A DNA stretch of 63,908 nucleotides, filler included, from Pelomyxa schiedti (Eukaryota > Protista > Evosea), in assembly GCA_020536535.1 (NCBI GenBank). It is 10 parts of 10 records of this genome, joined end to end, with 100 filler letters (N's around TTAATTAATTAA, not from the genome) between each part and the next. Parts side by side here need not be neighbours in the genome. Positions count along the whole stretch, not along the records: positions 3,429 to 13,555 come from JAHLWZ010001275.1; positions 13,656 to 18,069 come from JAHLWZ010001597.1; positions 18,170 to 30,217 come from JAHLWZ010001223.1; 7 more parts are not named here. One strand, 5' to 3'. Under the pieces are notes generated by a model that was not told the origin of the DNA, ran no database searches, and was given only the letters and a program-made list of their open reading frames with translations. Positions 12,236 to 23,647 of this stretch are shown here, piece by piece (the stretch's first letter is position 1; every line of letters starts with the position of its first letter). The translations under genes and the position numbers were made by a program.

Positions 12236-12534
12236 CCAAAAGCCACAGATTTGCCTTCACCCCAACAGCAACATTCCACGGCACTATAAGTGTCGATGGC
12301 ACTGGGCTCTTACAATGTGCTCAATGTGTTAGTGGTGGAAAGATGGCACCTTGCCATCTTTTAGCCAATGGTATGCGCGGGCATTACATGATATAAACCC
12401 GCGCATACCATTGGCTAAGAGATGGCAAGGTGCCATCTTTCCACCACTAACACATTGTAAGAGTGCAGTGCCATCAACACTTATAGTGCCGCGGAATGTT
12501 GCTGTTGGGGTGAAGGCAAATCTGTGGCTTTTGG
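12236..12534. repeat. ~300-bp imperfect palindrome (foldback/MITE-like)
   Basis: Arms 12236-12381 and 12398-12534, 16-nt loop. A few substitutions and a ~10-bp indel between arms. Confidence 0.9.
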
Positions 12535-13265
12535 CTCCAATTAAAGCCCAACTTTCTTTTATTGAAAATGAGTTTGTTAGGCCATTAACGAATAGTATTT
12601 ATCATTTCCTTATAATACAGGTACGGCATATAGGCTACAGCAGGCGATTTGGTGCGTTTTGCTTCGTTTCGTTAATGAGAGGAGGCAAACCTTGAACGCG
12701 TTTTACGTCTCCAGGAGCCCCACTCATGCACCGGTCTCGTCTTTATTGTCGAGTGCGGCAGATCTGAGACCTGGAGGCTTTTGTCGTTTCCGCTAGATCT
12801 GAACCATAGTCTGTCGAGCCGCTGTAGTTTTACGGTACCGCAATACAAGTGGTGGTGGCTCGAGAGTGAGGAGTGAGAAAATCTCTCAGGCTGTAATCTT
12901 ATCCAGCACAAAGTCTCACAGACAGTCCCGGAATAATAATAAAAAAGCAGGAGCAGTGCCACAAAAGGAAAGAAGTGCTGAACGCCAACTCTCTTACTCA
13001 GAGTTGAGTAAGAGTTCTAGTAGCCGAGTTGCTCGAGACAATTGAGATGGGTTCGCGATGTTTCAATACGGCAAAAAACGACACGGGTGCCACCAAATTA
13101 CGCAACGGCCGAAGTTGATTCATTCGACATGGCAGCTTGGTTTGTAGCACAAATCTCGGAGTGACTTGCCGATGCTAGGCACCAAAGCCCGGTCGTGTTA
13201 AAAGTCTGATTTCAGAAATTTGTCATAAAATCAATTCCCACACAGTAAGCTACTTTTTCATGCAG

Positions 13266-13545
13266 TATTTCCAAAACACACAAGGCCTGCTGTTTGTTGT
13301 GGATTCCAATGACAGGGAGAGGCTCGACGAGGCCCGCGGTGTTCTGCAGGGGATGATGGCCGAAGGTGAGCTGAGGGACGCCATTCTCATTGTGTTTGCA
13401 AACAAGCAGGACCCGAAAGGCCATGGTGGCTGAACTTTCCAACAAACTTGGCCTGCAGTCACTCAAGGCACACAAGTGGTTCATTCAGTCCACGTGTGCC
13501 ACATCAGGAGATGGCCTCTATGGGGGCCTGGAATGGCCACACTGA
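13266..13545 (+). pseudogene. Arf1-like GTPase fragment, frameshifted
   Basis: [24 protein letters not shown]...LIVFANKQD, then frameshift, then [32 protein letters not shown]. No G1-G3 exons visible upstream. Confidence 0.8.
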
Positions 13546-13879
13546 AGTCATCTCANNNNNNNNNNNNNNNNNNNNNNNNNNNNNNNNNNNNNNNNNNNNT
13601 TAATTAATTAANNNNNNNNNNNNNNNNNNNNNNNNNNNNNNNNNNNNNNNNNNNNGATAGCAATTATCTGGTGTAATCTGCACTGGCTTCAATAACGGAG
13701 CCCGGTCATTGAATAGAGAGAAAGGGTCCAGTAAAAGAATCATTGGACAAATAAACTTGGAAGCAATAACTGTGACGACCTGCGGTCAAGATGTAAGAAA
13801 GAAATTACAAACACAAGCAATAACATACTGCCTTCACAAACTCCCTCATACTAATTCGACAGTGATTGATTGCACAATA

Positions 13880-14800
13880 CAACAGTCGGGCTTGGTGTGT
13901 TCCCCACAACAAAACGACCAGGAACACTTTGTTGTCCACTTGTGTTGCCGGTGGTCAACGGCATAACGGGCCACACATCTTGTGTTTTTGGTTTTTTTGG
14001 AAGAATGTTAGTACAACAAAGCTGTAGTACCTACGCAACTGGTTGACCCGGTCGACATTGTGATAGTTGAAGCGGTAGTTGAATATAGACCTAGTGTGGT
14101 ATACACAACTTCAAAGGCCTTCTCATTGCCACACGCACCCGGTTTCACCATCGTAACGTACTTGTTGTGGTTGTCAACTACAATGCTGTTAAAAAAAGAA
14201 AAACGAAGTTGAAGAAGAAGAAGGGTTGACCCAAACTCGAAAACCAACCAAGCCTTTGAAAGGGATAATTCCTTCATCAATTGTAACATTTCTCCCTAAA
14301 AAGGAGTGAGTACATTAAAAGACATTCACGCACATGATCCCAGGCACCTGGATGCCACAATGAGGTGAACTTCCAGTTCAAAAAATCAACCAGCCAGTGG
14401 ATGCTGGCAATTCAGTCCCCTGGATTGTCTGCTGTGTTTGAATAGTGCAACACTCGGTTTAATTCCCAAAATCTAGTGGGGGTGTGCATGCAGTGGACAA
14501 CTGTGTTTGGGGAAGAGCCAAATCGTACCTAGTCGAACTGGAAATTAGACTGCGAGGCCAAGGAGACCCACTGCTACTCCAGTTCTCACCCCATGATCCT
14601 TTTTGATTATAAGCACCAACTGTAATAATCGTCAAAAAAAGAAAAAAAAAAACAAAAAACAACAACACCACGAACTGCACCGAAGGTACCTGCAAGAAAA
14701 AACCCATACAGACGTTCGATTTCAGCTGGAGAAGTAGTGAATCCCTCGCACCCATCAACATTTTCGTGTGCGTACCTTCATAGAGCTCTATGAACACAAA
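13880..14800 (-). mobile_element. Decayed, intron-containing piggyBac-like (DDE_Tnp_1_7) transposase
   Basis: RFWELNRVLHYSNTADNPGD*IASIHWLVDFLNWKFTSLWHP|GRNVTIDEGIIPFKGLVGFR and later IFNYRFNYHNVDRVNQLR match piggyBac blocks (RF..I.R.LHF..DRL.KIRPL; PG..LSIDE.MIPFKGR; YN..MGGVD..DQL). Stop at 14412-14414; central region missing. Confidence 0.8.
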
Positions 14801-15100
14801 TGAAAGAACAAACGTTTAGCCACACCGGTTTGTCTCCTCTGCTACATGGGTAAAAAAAGTCTCATCAAATATTTCCGGCCAGAAATCGTAGCATAAAAGT
14901 TGCTCTGAGAACATTTAGCAAAAACACTGTGTTAGACGTGCTGCTAACCAGAATAGAGTTTCACGGACCAACCAAGCCACCAAAATTCCTTTGTGGCAAC
15001 TCATAGGCACTGTCACTCCATAGATCAAGGTTGGTGCACCAGTCCGCAGGGAGAGTGGTACTCATAGGGGAGGAAGCAAAGGTTTTTTTTTTTTTGGGTT

Positions 15101-15364
15101 CCAGATACGTGTCCCACAGGGAAGGCACCGGACACAACTCCCTTTTTTTGTTCCGGATACGTGTCCCACAGGAAATGTGCAGGACACATCGCCGAAAGTC
15201 AGTTTCGGAGATGTATCCCACAAGAAATGTGCAGGACACATCTCCGAAAGTCAGTTTCGGAGATGTGTCCCCCGGAAATGTTCAGGACACATCTCCGAAA
15301 CTGACTTTTGGAGATGTCTCCCACAGGAAATGTTCTCCAAAAGTCAGTTTCGGATACGTATCCC
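15101..15364. repeat. ~52-bp tandem repeat with internal palindrome
   Basis: About 4-5 units of GGAAATGTGCAGGACACATCTCCGAAA-GTCAG-TTTCGGAGATGTRTCCCACA. Stem ACATCTCCGAAA/TTTCGGAGATGT. Confidence 0.9.
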
Positions 15365-15551
15365 TCAAACTGCGAAACACTGAGGAACAGCCTTTGTATT
15401 CACTGCACACAAGTTTTTTTTGAAAACAAACAACAAAAACCAATGGACAGAGAAACGACTCACTGGGCCAGAAGTCCCAGTACTGACACAAAGAGACCTT
15501 TATACCAATGACCAACACGAAGCAGGTTAATCCATATTTTAGTGTCCCAGA

Positions 15552-17368
15552 ATGGGACACTTTTATGAGGCTGTATGTGTCGCAGGTAAGCTCCTGTACT
15601 TTTTATTATTATTATTTCTTGTTTATTGCCTTATCTACAACAACACTAATTCGAAATGGATTATTTCCTTTCTGTTTTTGCAGGCAGTGAAGCTAGTTTC
15701 ACAAAGCGACTATATACAAAGTCTCCCTGCAGTACGCATGTCACTTGGACAGAGGAGGTGGAGTATCTCCAGTTTCCACAGGTTGAGCAAAGTAGTTAGT
15801 TAAAGTAAAAATCTCTAAAACTACTTAGATCACACATGGGTTTCAGATCCGACACCTTGAACAGGGCGCCATGGGGCACCTCGTCGATACGATGTTGAAA
15901 ACTGGAGTTGACCAGTCGTTACTTCCGATCTGTGTAGTACCACTGACAGCGGACGACGCTACCAGGACTTACCTCTGTTTTGACGGAAATCACCGGCGGT
16001 TTGCGGCACCAATCTGCGACTTTGTGACCAGCTGCAAAAAGCAGGGCATCCCAGTATTAACTGAAGCATCGGCAGACTTTTTTTTTAATATGACACTGCC
16101 ACAAACACGGATACCGGCTCGCATCTACTGCACCAACGTCACAAATGATATTATGCAGAATATTTCTTTCTTGGCTGGAATGAGTAAGTATTAAAAAAAA
16201 AAAAAAAAACACCCCCTTTTTTTTATTTGACCTGGCTTGAACTGAGCTATTTTGCAGAGAACAGCACTGAAACCAACTATCTTTGCAAAGCCAGAATTAT
16301 TTACCACCTGCGCTATCCTGCAGTTCAGTACCCTGCTGCCAAGTCAGCAGTGAAACCATGGAAGGTTTGTGTTTGTTTCTTCGTTTTTTATTGAATAACT
16401 GGATTTAGGAAGTAATTGAATCCCCTGTGGTCCAAAACATGAGAATAAAATCGGAAAAGGTTGCTTGTGAATACGTACAACTTTACGAAGATTTGGATGT
16501 GGCCACCCAGGAGAAGTTATTTGATTTACTGGCTCAGTACTTCATTCATTTAGACCTCTCACTCACGGCTTCAAGATACCCCCATTGCCTGGTGCTGAAG
16601 TTCAATGTTCTATACAAAAAGGCAGCGCTGTTCAGATCTGCAACGGCCACTGGTTCATGTGCCACCTCCGATGCCCAATAAACCACAACCCCAAACGCAG
16701 TCAAAGCCACAGACACCTCCCCAGCAACCCGCTAAGGCGAACATATCACCCAGTAAGCTGCAGACACCTCCCCAGCAACCCGCTAAGGCGAACGTATCAC
16801 CCAGTAAGCCGGTATCTCCTTATTCACCACATTATGCGACTTTCGATATGGATGCTTACATCAGGAACTCATTTTCTGATCCCAATCGCCCACCAGCAAG
16901 AGAGAGGACTCCGGCGGAAATCGATGCCGGTATAACACAAACATCTTGTTTTCCTACTATTTACTTACTTTTTACCAGAACTTGCTCTTATTGAGGTTCC
17001 ATCTGACGATGAAAAGGATACTGAGTGGGCCACCTCCCCATTTTTACCACCGGTATCATTTTTACCACCTTGTATCTGCTCATTTTCAAATCCATGAGTA
17101 CAAATCAAGCAAAGGAAATCTGCATTGGTTCAGAGCAACCCCAGAACCAAAGCAAAACAGAACCTCCGCATTAGCCGGGTATTGGATTTATGCAGATGAT
17201 GTAAAGGTCTACCACAACTGCACCCATTTGAAGACATCTATAAACGAGCTTCCTGGGCCAGCCAAAGATTCCAACACTGAGAAAAAGACTGGTGTGTGCA
17301 CTCACTCATCTAGCAGAACCAGTAGTACCACAAAAAAGACTTCGGCATCTGATGAGGATCAACCATAA
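15552..17368 (+). CDS. Multi-exon protein with ParB/Srx-like N-terminal domain and Pro/Gln-rich region
   Basis: EVEYLQFPQ|ITHGFQIRHLEQGAMGHLVDTMLKTGVDQSLLPICVVP...YLCFDGNHRRFAA...IPARIY fits the ParBc pattern (R...L..S/T...G...PI.V...Y...DG.HR..A...IP). 51-bp direct repeat at ~16710-16810. Ends uncertain. Confidence 0.55.
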
Positions 17369-18169
17369 ACCCTCCAGACTGTCTCCCACAAGTATAAATC
17401 CCACAAAACAAACAAGTCAAAAAAGAAACGAGCTGGAGTTCATTGGTGGCTTGAGTAACTTGGGGTGCACCGATAGGGGGCATCGGTGTGAAAAACATGA
17501 AAAAACATCCAAATTTCATCCCCGTTAGGTGCCCTGGCAACGAGTGGATTGTGCCGTACAACGCAAAGAGATATCTGGATGTATTGTTGTTGTGACAGAG
17601 GGGTATGAGCGCAGGACTGATCGATGATTGCGAAAAAAAGGTAACATATTGTTTTTCCTCCTTCAACTGTCACCTTTCTGGCAACACAGGTCTTGGGGCA
17701 AACAACTCTACACTGTCCAACGGTCACAACGCACCACGTCACAGTGCACAGTCCTGTGGGTGGTCCGTCCCAAGTCGACTTCCTTATAAAGAAACTTATC
17801 TCTAGAATTTTGCCCAGGGTGGGGCGAAATTTTTCCTCCTCTATCAAATTTTGCCCCAGGCAAAAAGGGCGGGGCAAAGGGCAAAAATTCACAGAGGAAA
17901 ACTACATGAAAAAAATTTCGCCCCTATGAACCAGATCTGTTAAGGATCGATGGTATGGACTTTTTTTCTTCAGCCAAATGGCAGACCAATTGAGCTGTAA
18001 TGGGATGAGTATGGCACCAATGACAAATGGGTGTGGCACTGGTACATGGAGATGCAGAGAGTGACACCCNNNNNNNNNNNNNNNNNNNNNNNNNNNNNNN
18101 NNNNNNNNNNNNNTTAATTAATTAANNNNNNNNNNNNNNNNNNNNNNNNNNNNNNNNNNNNNNNNNNNN

Positions 18170-18601
18170 TAATGAAAAAGGCACTGGCTGTACCACACAA
18201 CCAACAAGCAAGCCAATTGAGTCCAAACAACGAAAACACACACACAGCCACTGTGCCCCCATAAGTAAAGTAAAGTAAATTGCTTCACCTCGCGAAGGAA
18301 TTTCCCTTTCCTGCTCCAGAGAATCGGCCTCGGCGCTGGCCTTGGCGTCGCGACCAGCCCCCGCGCCCCCGCCGCCGCCGGTCTTGGTTGCCACCGCGTC
18401 GGCGTTGGGACCGTTGTCGCCGCCACCGGCTTGAGCGGTCGTGTCGCCACGATCATGGGCTGGTGGTGAGGGTGGTGGTTGCGGTTGCTCGGCACCAACA
18501 ACACGCGGGCGCTTGGGCTCTGGCTCTGAGGGAACTACTACTGACTGATCGTCGGCATCACCGTGGCTCGCGTGAGGAGTGGCACTCCCTGCTGATTGCA
18601 T
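18170..18601 (-). CDS. Hypothetical protein, first exon(s), truncated by contig end
   Basis: MQSAGSATPHASHGDADDQ...EPEPKRPR (NLS-like)...EIPSR, then GTGAAG donor near 18288. Confidence 0.45.
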
Positions 18602-19550
18602 CCGTGTGACTTTTAAAAAAAAAAAAATTTGACGCATCGAGTGCAATGCCCATGGCGGTTGTCTCACGTGTTGAGTACTCACCCAATAATGATGATCAGT
18701 GGTTCTGTGAAGTCCGAGGAAACGAACGTTTTCCGCATCCAAGACGTAGTGGGTGTGACATCGGTGTCAGGCACGAACAACAGTTGCAATCAATGCTATG
18801 CTCCTGTGCTCCTTTGACAATTGTTTGTACTGCTGATTTTACTATGCCTGCTTCCATCCCTTGGGCAAAGTGTTTGTGGTGACTCAGCAGTGTGTTGCCT
18901 GCTGGTGTAGCGCTTGTCTCAGGGGGCCTTTGGTGTTTGGCAGGCCTTATAATCCACCATGGAGGTGGCGGTGAACTTGTTATTGAAACAGGTTCTGAAG
19001 CAAGTGGGTGTTATTCCAGGAGCGTACACAACTGCAGACACTTCAAGCCAGTGGTGTTTGGAGCCACTGATGTACAGAGGTCATGGGCAATGCACAGTGC
19101 ATTGATCTGTTTGAGAAGGTCCGCTGCGGGATTGAAAGAAGATTGGTCCAGCTTGAGGCCAGTTCACTTCAAAATGCAACCTGTCCCTCTTCTTTTGGGG
19201 AGTGGGTGGTGTTTGTTCTGACAGTGCATTTGCATCGTCTACACTGACTCAGGTTCATTAAACTGACTGTCGGGGCCAGCCGGCAACGATAACGACAGCG
19301 CCGGTAGCACAATCGACAACCACAGTCGTCGTAGTCGCTTGGGCAGAGCCGTAACAGTGGCGCCCAGGTAGTCTGGGTCCCAGACAATCGGCACCACCAT
19401 TACTGCTGACAAGTCGTCGAAGATTTCCGAGCGAAAAGGCACTTTGGCACCCGTTCAGACTACTTCCCTGCCTCTTACCTTCTCTTTCTGAATCGCTATG
19501 GCGTTTCACTCTGGAGCAGCTTCGTTCCCGAAAAACATTTTATCACTTTC

Positions 19551-21023
19551 ATGATCGCCAACCATCGCCAACCGCAGTCGAGAGAGCATGTTGGAAGGGC
19601 GATGAGTGTGGCACCCAGGTTCCGCCCCTCCTACTCATCGTCGTCCTCGCAGTCAACAATCGCGGAGCCCGGCACTACCACCACGCCCAAGGAGACGGCC
19701 AGGGACCAATTCCGCGCCATGGCGGCGGGCGCGCACCCGCGGTGCGGCGCGCGGTGCCCACTGTGGCTCATGGTAGCCAGATACAACAACAGCTCAAGCA
19801 CGATTATGGGTGGTGGAGGGGGAGGGGGCCGCCCAGGTGAGGATGGGACTCTGGCACTGAGGCTGGTGTGGGCGTGGATCGTGGAAACCTCGAGGTTCTA
19901 CTGCTTGAGGCTCTGGGGCGAAACAGGCACGGGCTACGGCTTCGTGGTGGCGCTTCGCGTGTCGCCACTGCTGCTCGCACTCACACACAAGATGTGGTGG
20001 TGGGCGGGACTGAGCGGCCCACGCGAGATTGTGGGGGCCAACCAGGACTACCTCGTCGTCGCGAGGGTGGCGACGGAGAGGCGCGCAAGGGAAATCTATC
20101 TGCAGGACAGGGCCACTGGCGAGAGGGTGAAAATGCTGCCGTCTTTTGGCGGTGACTACAGTCGGCGTCCAAAGTGCCTAGATGCTACCAATGGGAAATG
20201 GTTTGTGGTGTGTGATTCAGGTCGAGGGGAGATGACTGTTGTCGAGGTTCCAAGGAAGGGTTGTTCAGCAACAGGTGAAAGAGCATCTGAACCCACAAGA
20301 ATCAGAAAGCCCACTGTAGTTTCACTCAGGGCAAGGTGGAAAAAAGGCAGGCCTGAGTTTGTGTGTGGCCACGAAGATCAGGTGGTCCTTCACTGTTGTG
20401 ACTTGCAACGGCCAGCCCGTTTTTTTGAGCTTGTTCTTGTGGATGTTGCACGGACCTGTTCATCAAACAAACTTGTGGTGTTGAGTGCAACTGTTCCCAG
20501 ATTGATTGATCTGCCTCCAGACATTCGCAGATATGATCGATACGATCTCTTTATAGGAAGACGTTGCTTTGCATTTCTCAAAGAGAATGGTTGCCGCTGC
20601 TTCGTCATGTTGGAATCCCAGGTCTTGCGAGGCATCCTTCCCTTTGTCATCATGGACGAAGGAACAGGGAAGCTGCAACCAATGTCTCCTGGGCCAAAAC
20701 CAGACAGTTGGGGTGGCGATTGGTGTGTGTCATGGTTGAACAACTCACAGTTCTGCGTTTTCAAAGGCAGTAAAGGCCACTATGAGGTGTGGGGTGTGAA
20801 TGACTCGACCAAACCGGTGAGGACACAACGGTGCCTCTGTTGTTGGGCTGCCACCAGTGCGTTTGTTGAGGGTGGCCTGCTTTTCCAAATGAGTGAAGGA
20901 GAGAAAGAGATGCACGTGACTGAGGAGTCCACTGGTTCTCATGTCGTCACATTCCAGTCATTCAGAAAACTGAGACCAGACCTACTTGAAACCCATCACT
21001 CCTTTCCTCTAAGCTGCCCCTGA
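19551..21023 (+). CDS. Expanded 'QF-x-AL...HPRCG' family protein
   Basis: 490-aa intronless ORF: ARDQFRAMAAGAHPRCG, LVWAW, N-x-KW, LVDVA, YEVW, EGGLLF, VTEESTG, shared with paralogs in this window. Confidence 0.8.
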   Translation: MIANHRQPQSREHVGRAMSVAPRFRPSYSSSSSQSTIAEPGTTTTPKETARDQFRAMAAGAHPRCGARCPLWLMVARYNNSSSTIMGGGGGGGRPGEDGTLALRLVWAWIVETSRFYCLRLWGETGTGYGFVVALRVSPLLLALTHKMWWWAGLSGPREIVGANQDYLVVARVATERRAREIYLQDRATGERVKMLPSFGGDYSRRPKCLDATNGKWFVVCDSGRGEMTVVEVPRKGCSATGERASEPTRIRKPTVVSLRARWKKGRPEFVCGHEDQVVLHCCDLQRPARFFELVLVDVARTCSSNKLVVLSATVPRLIDLPPDIRRYDRYDLFIGRRCFAFLKENGCRCFVMLESQVLRGILPFVIMDEGTGKLQPMSPGPKPDSWGGDWCVSWLNNSQFCVFKGSKGHYEVWGVNDSTKPVRTQRCLCCWAATSAFVEGGLLFQMSEGEKEMHVTEESTGSHVVTFQSFRKLRPDLLETHHSFPLSCP

Positions 21024-21436
21024 CAGACCTTGTCCCAAGAGACTCTTTTCTCTCTGGTGTGAATAGACGAGACAGAACACGATCTGTTCAGAAAGACTTT
21101 TTTTTTTCCTCTCTTTCCGTACGAACGCCAACCTTGCATTGGACTGGACGCCTTACGTATCTGGTAGTTCTCCACGGTACACAACACCCTGTGCCAACCA
21201 AAAACCAAGTTGCCGTATTAGTGTCACAATGACCCACAAAGAAAGGAAAAAATGGCTGGGGCTTAATGGAATGATCACAAAGCTGCCACGATCCCGAGAA
21301 GTTTCTCAAGAAAGCAAAGGTGCACCATGTGTGAGTGGCCTGCCGTCAACCAACTAGAGAGTGAAGTCGGCGCGAACATCAGCGACCCAAGAGAAAAGCA
21401 CCGTCAGACTGGGGGCAAAAAACCGATTTTTTTGCG

Positions 21437-23327
21437 ATGGCCGATGGGGCGGCCGGGTTGGTGGTAACCACAATTGCGGGAGTAAGATCGTCTAACTGCC
21501 GCGTGTTTGAGTTTGGTGCCGAGTCACTGAAGCCGAGAGGAATTAACCTCATTGCTGCCATGTCAAGAGTTTGCAGGGCAAGTGTTCTAAATATAAATAA
21601 GAATATCTCTACTGTAACAACCACTATGCATATCCGTATTATTTATTATCTATAAAAAATGTATTTATTCGAAGTTACGAAGTTCTTGTATTTCTTTTGA
21701 TGACCTATAGTATGTTATGCTTTTGTTTTATACTTTATTGTTGTTTTTAATTACCCCTGTTACAGTCGTGGAATGCTGCATGTAACGCAAGTCGTGTGTG
21801 GGAGACACTGTATCGCATTGACTTCGGGCACTTTCCCTTGCAGACTGTTGATACATCTGGCGGGGCTACAAACTGGAAAGACCGCTACAAAACCAGATTC
21901 CTTCAGACTATTGTCATTCACCTCACAACTAAAATCCCACAGGACTCTCCCACGTAAGGATCTTTTCATACCACCATTCATTCTGATCACATTGTTTTCT
22001 TCGGTTTTTTACAGATTGTCCCCTGACTTTTTCAAATGTTGGATGTATTCATTCAATAAGTGCCCTCTGCATCTGGAAGTGTTCTGTGGGCTCCCTCCCC
22101 ACTTGGATATGAGACCGCCAGCTTTGGTGTCCATTCCCAGCAGAAAAGGGCCAGTTGGATGCATATCATTTATCTCGCAGTTCCTCCTCATTTCTGGGTG
22201 TCCGTATACCGAGGAAGACTTCACTCAGGTCAAGCGCCTTGTAATAATCTATCCACTAACTATCTTCAGATGGGAAGAGCACTTGCAGATCAAATTTTCG
22301 ACGAGGACACAGACGACAGAGATGTAAAATCTGTGCAAAATGTGATTGCCCACATATCCGGCAACACTTTGTTAACCCTGAACGTCGTGGTATGGAAGAT
22401 ATTATTGAAAGGAACCTAAATTCTTACAGGTTCTTGCAAAAGATCCTATTTTGGCTCTAATGAGTCATAAAAGGCGAAAGTTTGACCAGTTCCTTGATTA
22501 TGCACTTTTTGAAAGTCACGGTGTCTTACTTCACCCCATGTTTAAGTTTGTCTGTACTTCAAGCACCGAATTGCTCCTAATTCACTTCACTTCCAGGAGC
22601 TTGCGGAAATTCAACAGGCATCTGAGGAAAACTATTTCCGGCAAAGGGAAACCAGAAGCCGTCGTGTGGAACGGCGTCATTAGTCAAAGGAGTCTCCTGA
22701 ACCAAATGAAATGCTCGCAGCTTCAGTATTTTGGATGTCATTCCGACTGGTTGTTGTCCCCCACTGGCATTGAGAGCGTGATTAACAAAAAAAAAATATA
22801 AAGGGGAGGAGAAAGCATCCTTGAATGCCCAGAGGCATCAAGGTTGGCAAAATGTACAAGAGGGCTCGTGCGGTGGATGTTGCTAACATCAACCGGCTCC
22901 TCCATCAACTGGGTGTTTGATCCCCCTCATCATGTTCTGAACATGGCAATGTAGTACACTCATCCTTTTTTTTCCCTGAGCACCAGTTTTAAAATTCCAA
23001 AGATGGCACAATCAAGAAGATGAGGAAGAGGACAGTCTGAGTTCCAAGTATGGTCTAACTGAGGATGTAATGAACCGAATTGAGGAAGATTTCCGCAGGT
23101 TTTCTGATACACAAATACTCAAAACCAAACTTACCAGCTCTTCAGGGCTCAAGAGGAAAGAGGTCACTCTGATGAGGATTATGATAGCTCTGTATGTCTT
23201 TCTTCTTCCGCGCGGCCGTTCTCAAAAATATTCCCAGGTGGAACCCTTCAAACAGAGTCTGGAACAAGACATCGTTAAGCACAGTGATACTGGTCTCACC
23301 ACAGTCACTGATGGAACTGATTCCTAA
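21437..23327 (+). CDS. F-box-like protein, multi-exon
   Basis: RVFEF...IAAMSRVCR|SWNAACNASRVWETLYRIDFG...NWKDRYKTR is a typical F-box C-half plus following helix. In-frame join uses a GCAAGT donor (~21578) and TTACAG acceptor (21765). 3' exon structure uncertain. Confidence 0.6.
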
Positions 23328-23647
23328 CAAGCAAAAAAACACTGAATAGGAAAAACAAAAAAACAAAAAAACTTACGGCGTGAGTACAAGAGCCAATACA
23401 CCCACTCACCCACCTCGTAACCCTTCTAACTTTGTGAATTAAAGCCAAAAATAGATCATCTTTCGGTTTCAGCTAACGCAACTTTTTTGGTTTTTCATTG
23501 AACTCCGCTGGCGTGGGAATTGTGTGGGTCCTAGGCTTTGGATTGGCCGATGTGTACTTAGTGCCTAACTTGTCCTTCGGAATTTTCACTCAGTAAATAG
23601 CAGACATGCACAAATGGACACTCTACCTGCCTAAAAATTGTTGAAGA

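Noticed and set aside
12991-13021. Hairpin followed by CTAG-T as a Helitron 3' end
   Set aside because: Stem is AT-rich and only 2 nt from CTAG; no Rep/helicase nearby.
15101-15364. CRISPR-like palindromic repeats
   Set aside because: Sequences between palindromes are conserved, not unique spacers.
17530-17600. NEWIVPYN resembling the Helitron Rep N.WVVPYN motif
   Set aside because: The following HINVE motif is absent and the frame has stops; too short to support.
18620-19509. Minus-strand ORF fragments
   Set aside because: Multiple stops, no recognisable motif or consistent exon chain.
21711-21713. TAG|TAT|GT possible 3-nt micro-exon in the F-box intron
   Set aside because: Single instance, and inclusion would disrupt the canonical VCRxW spacing.
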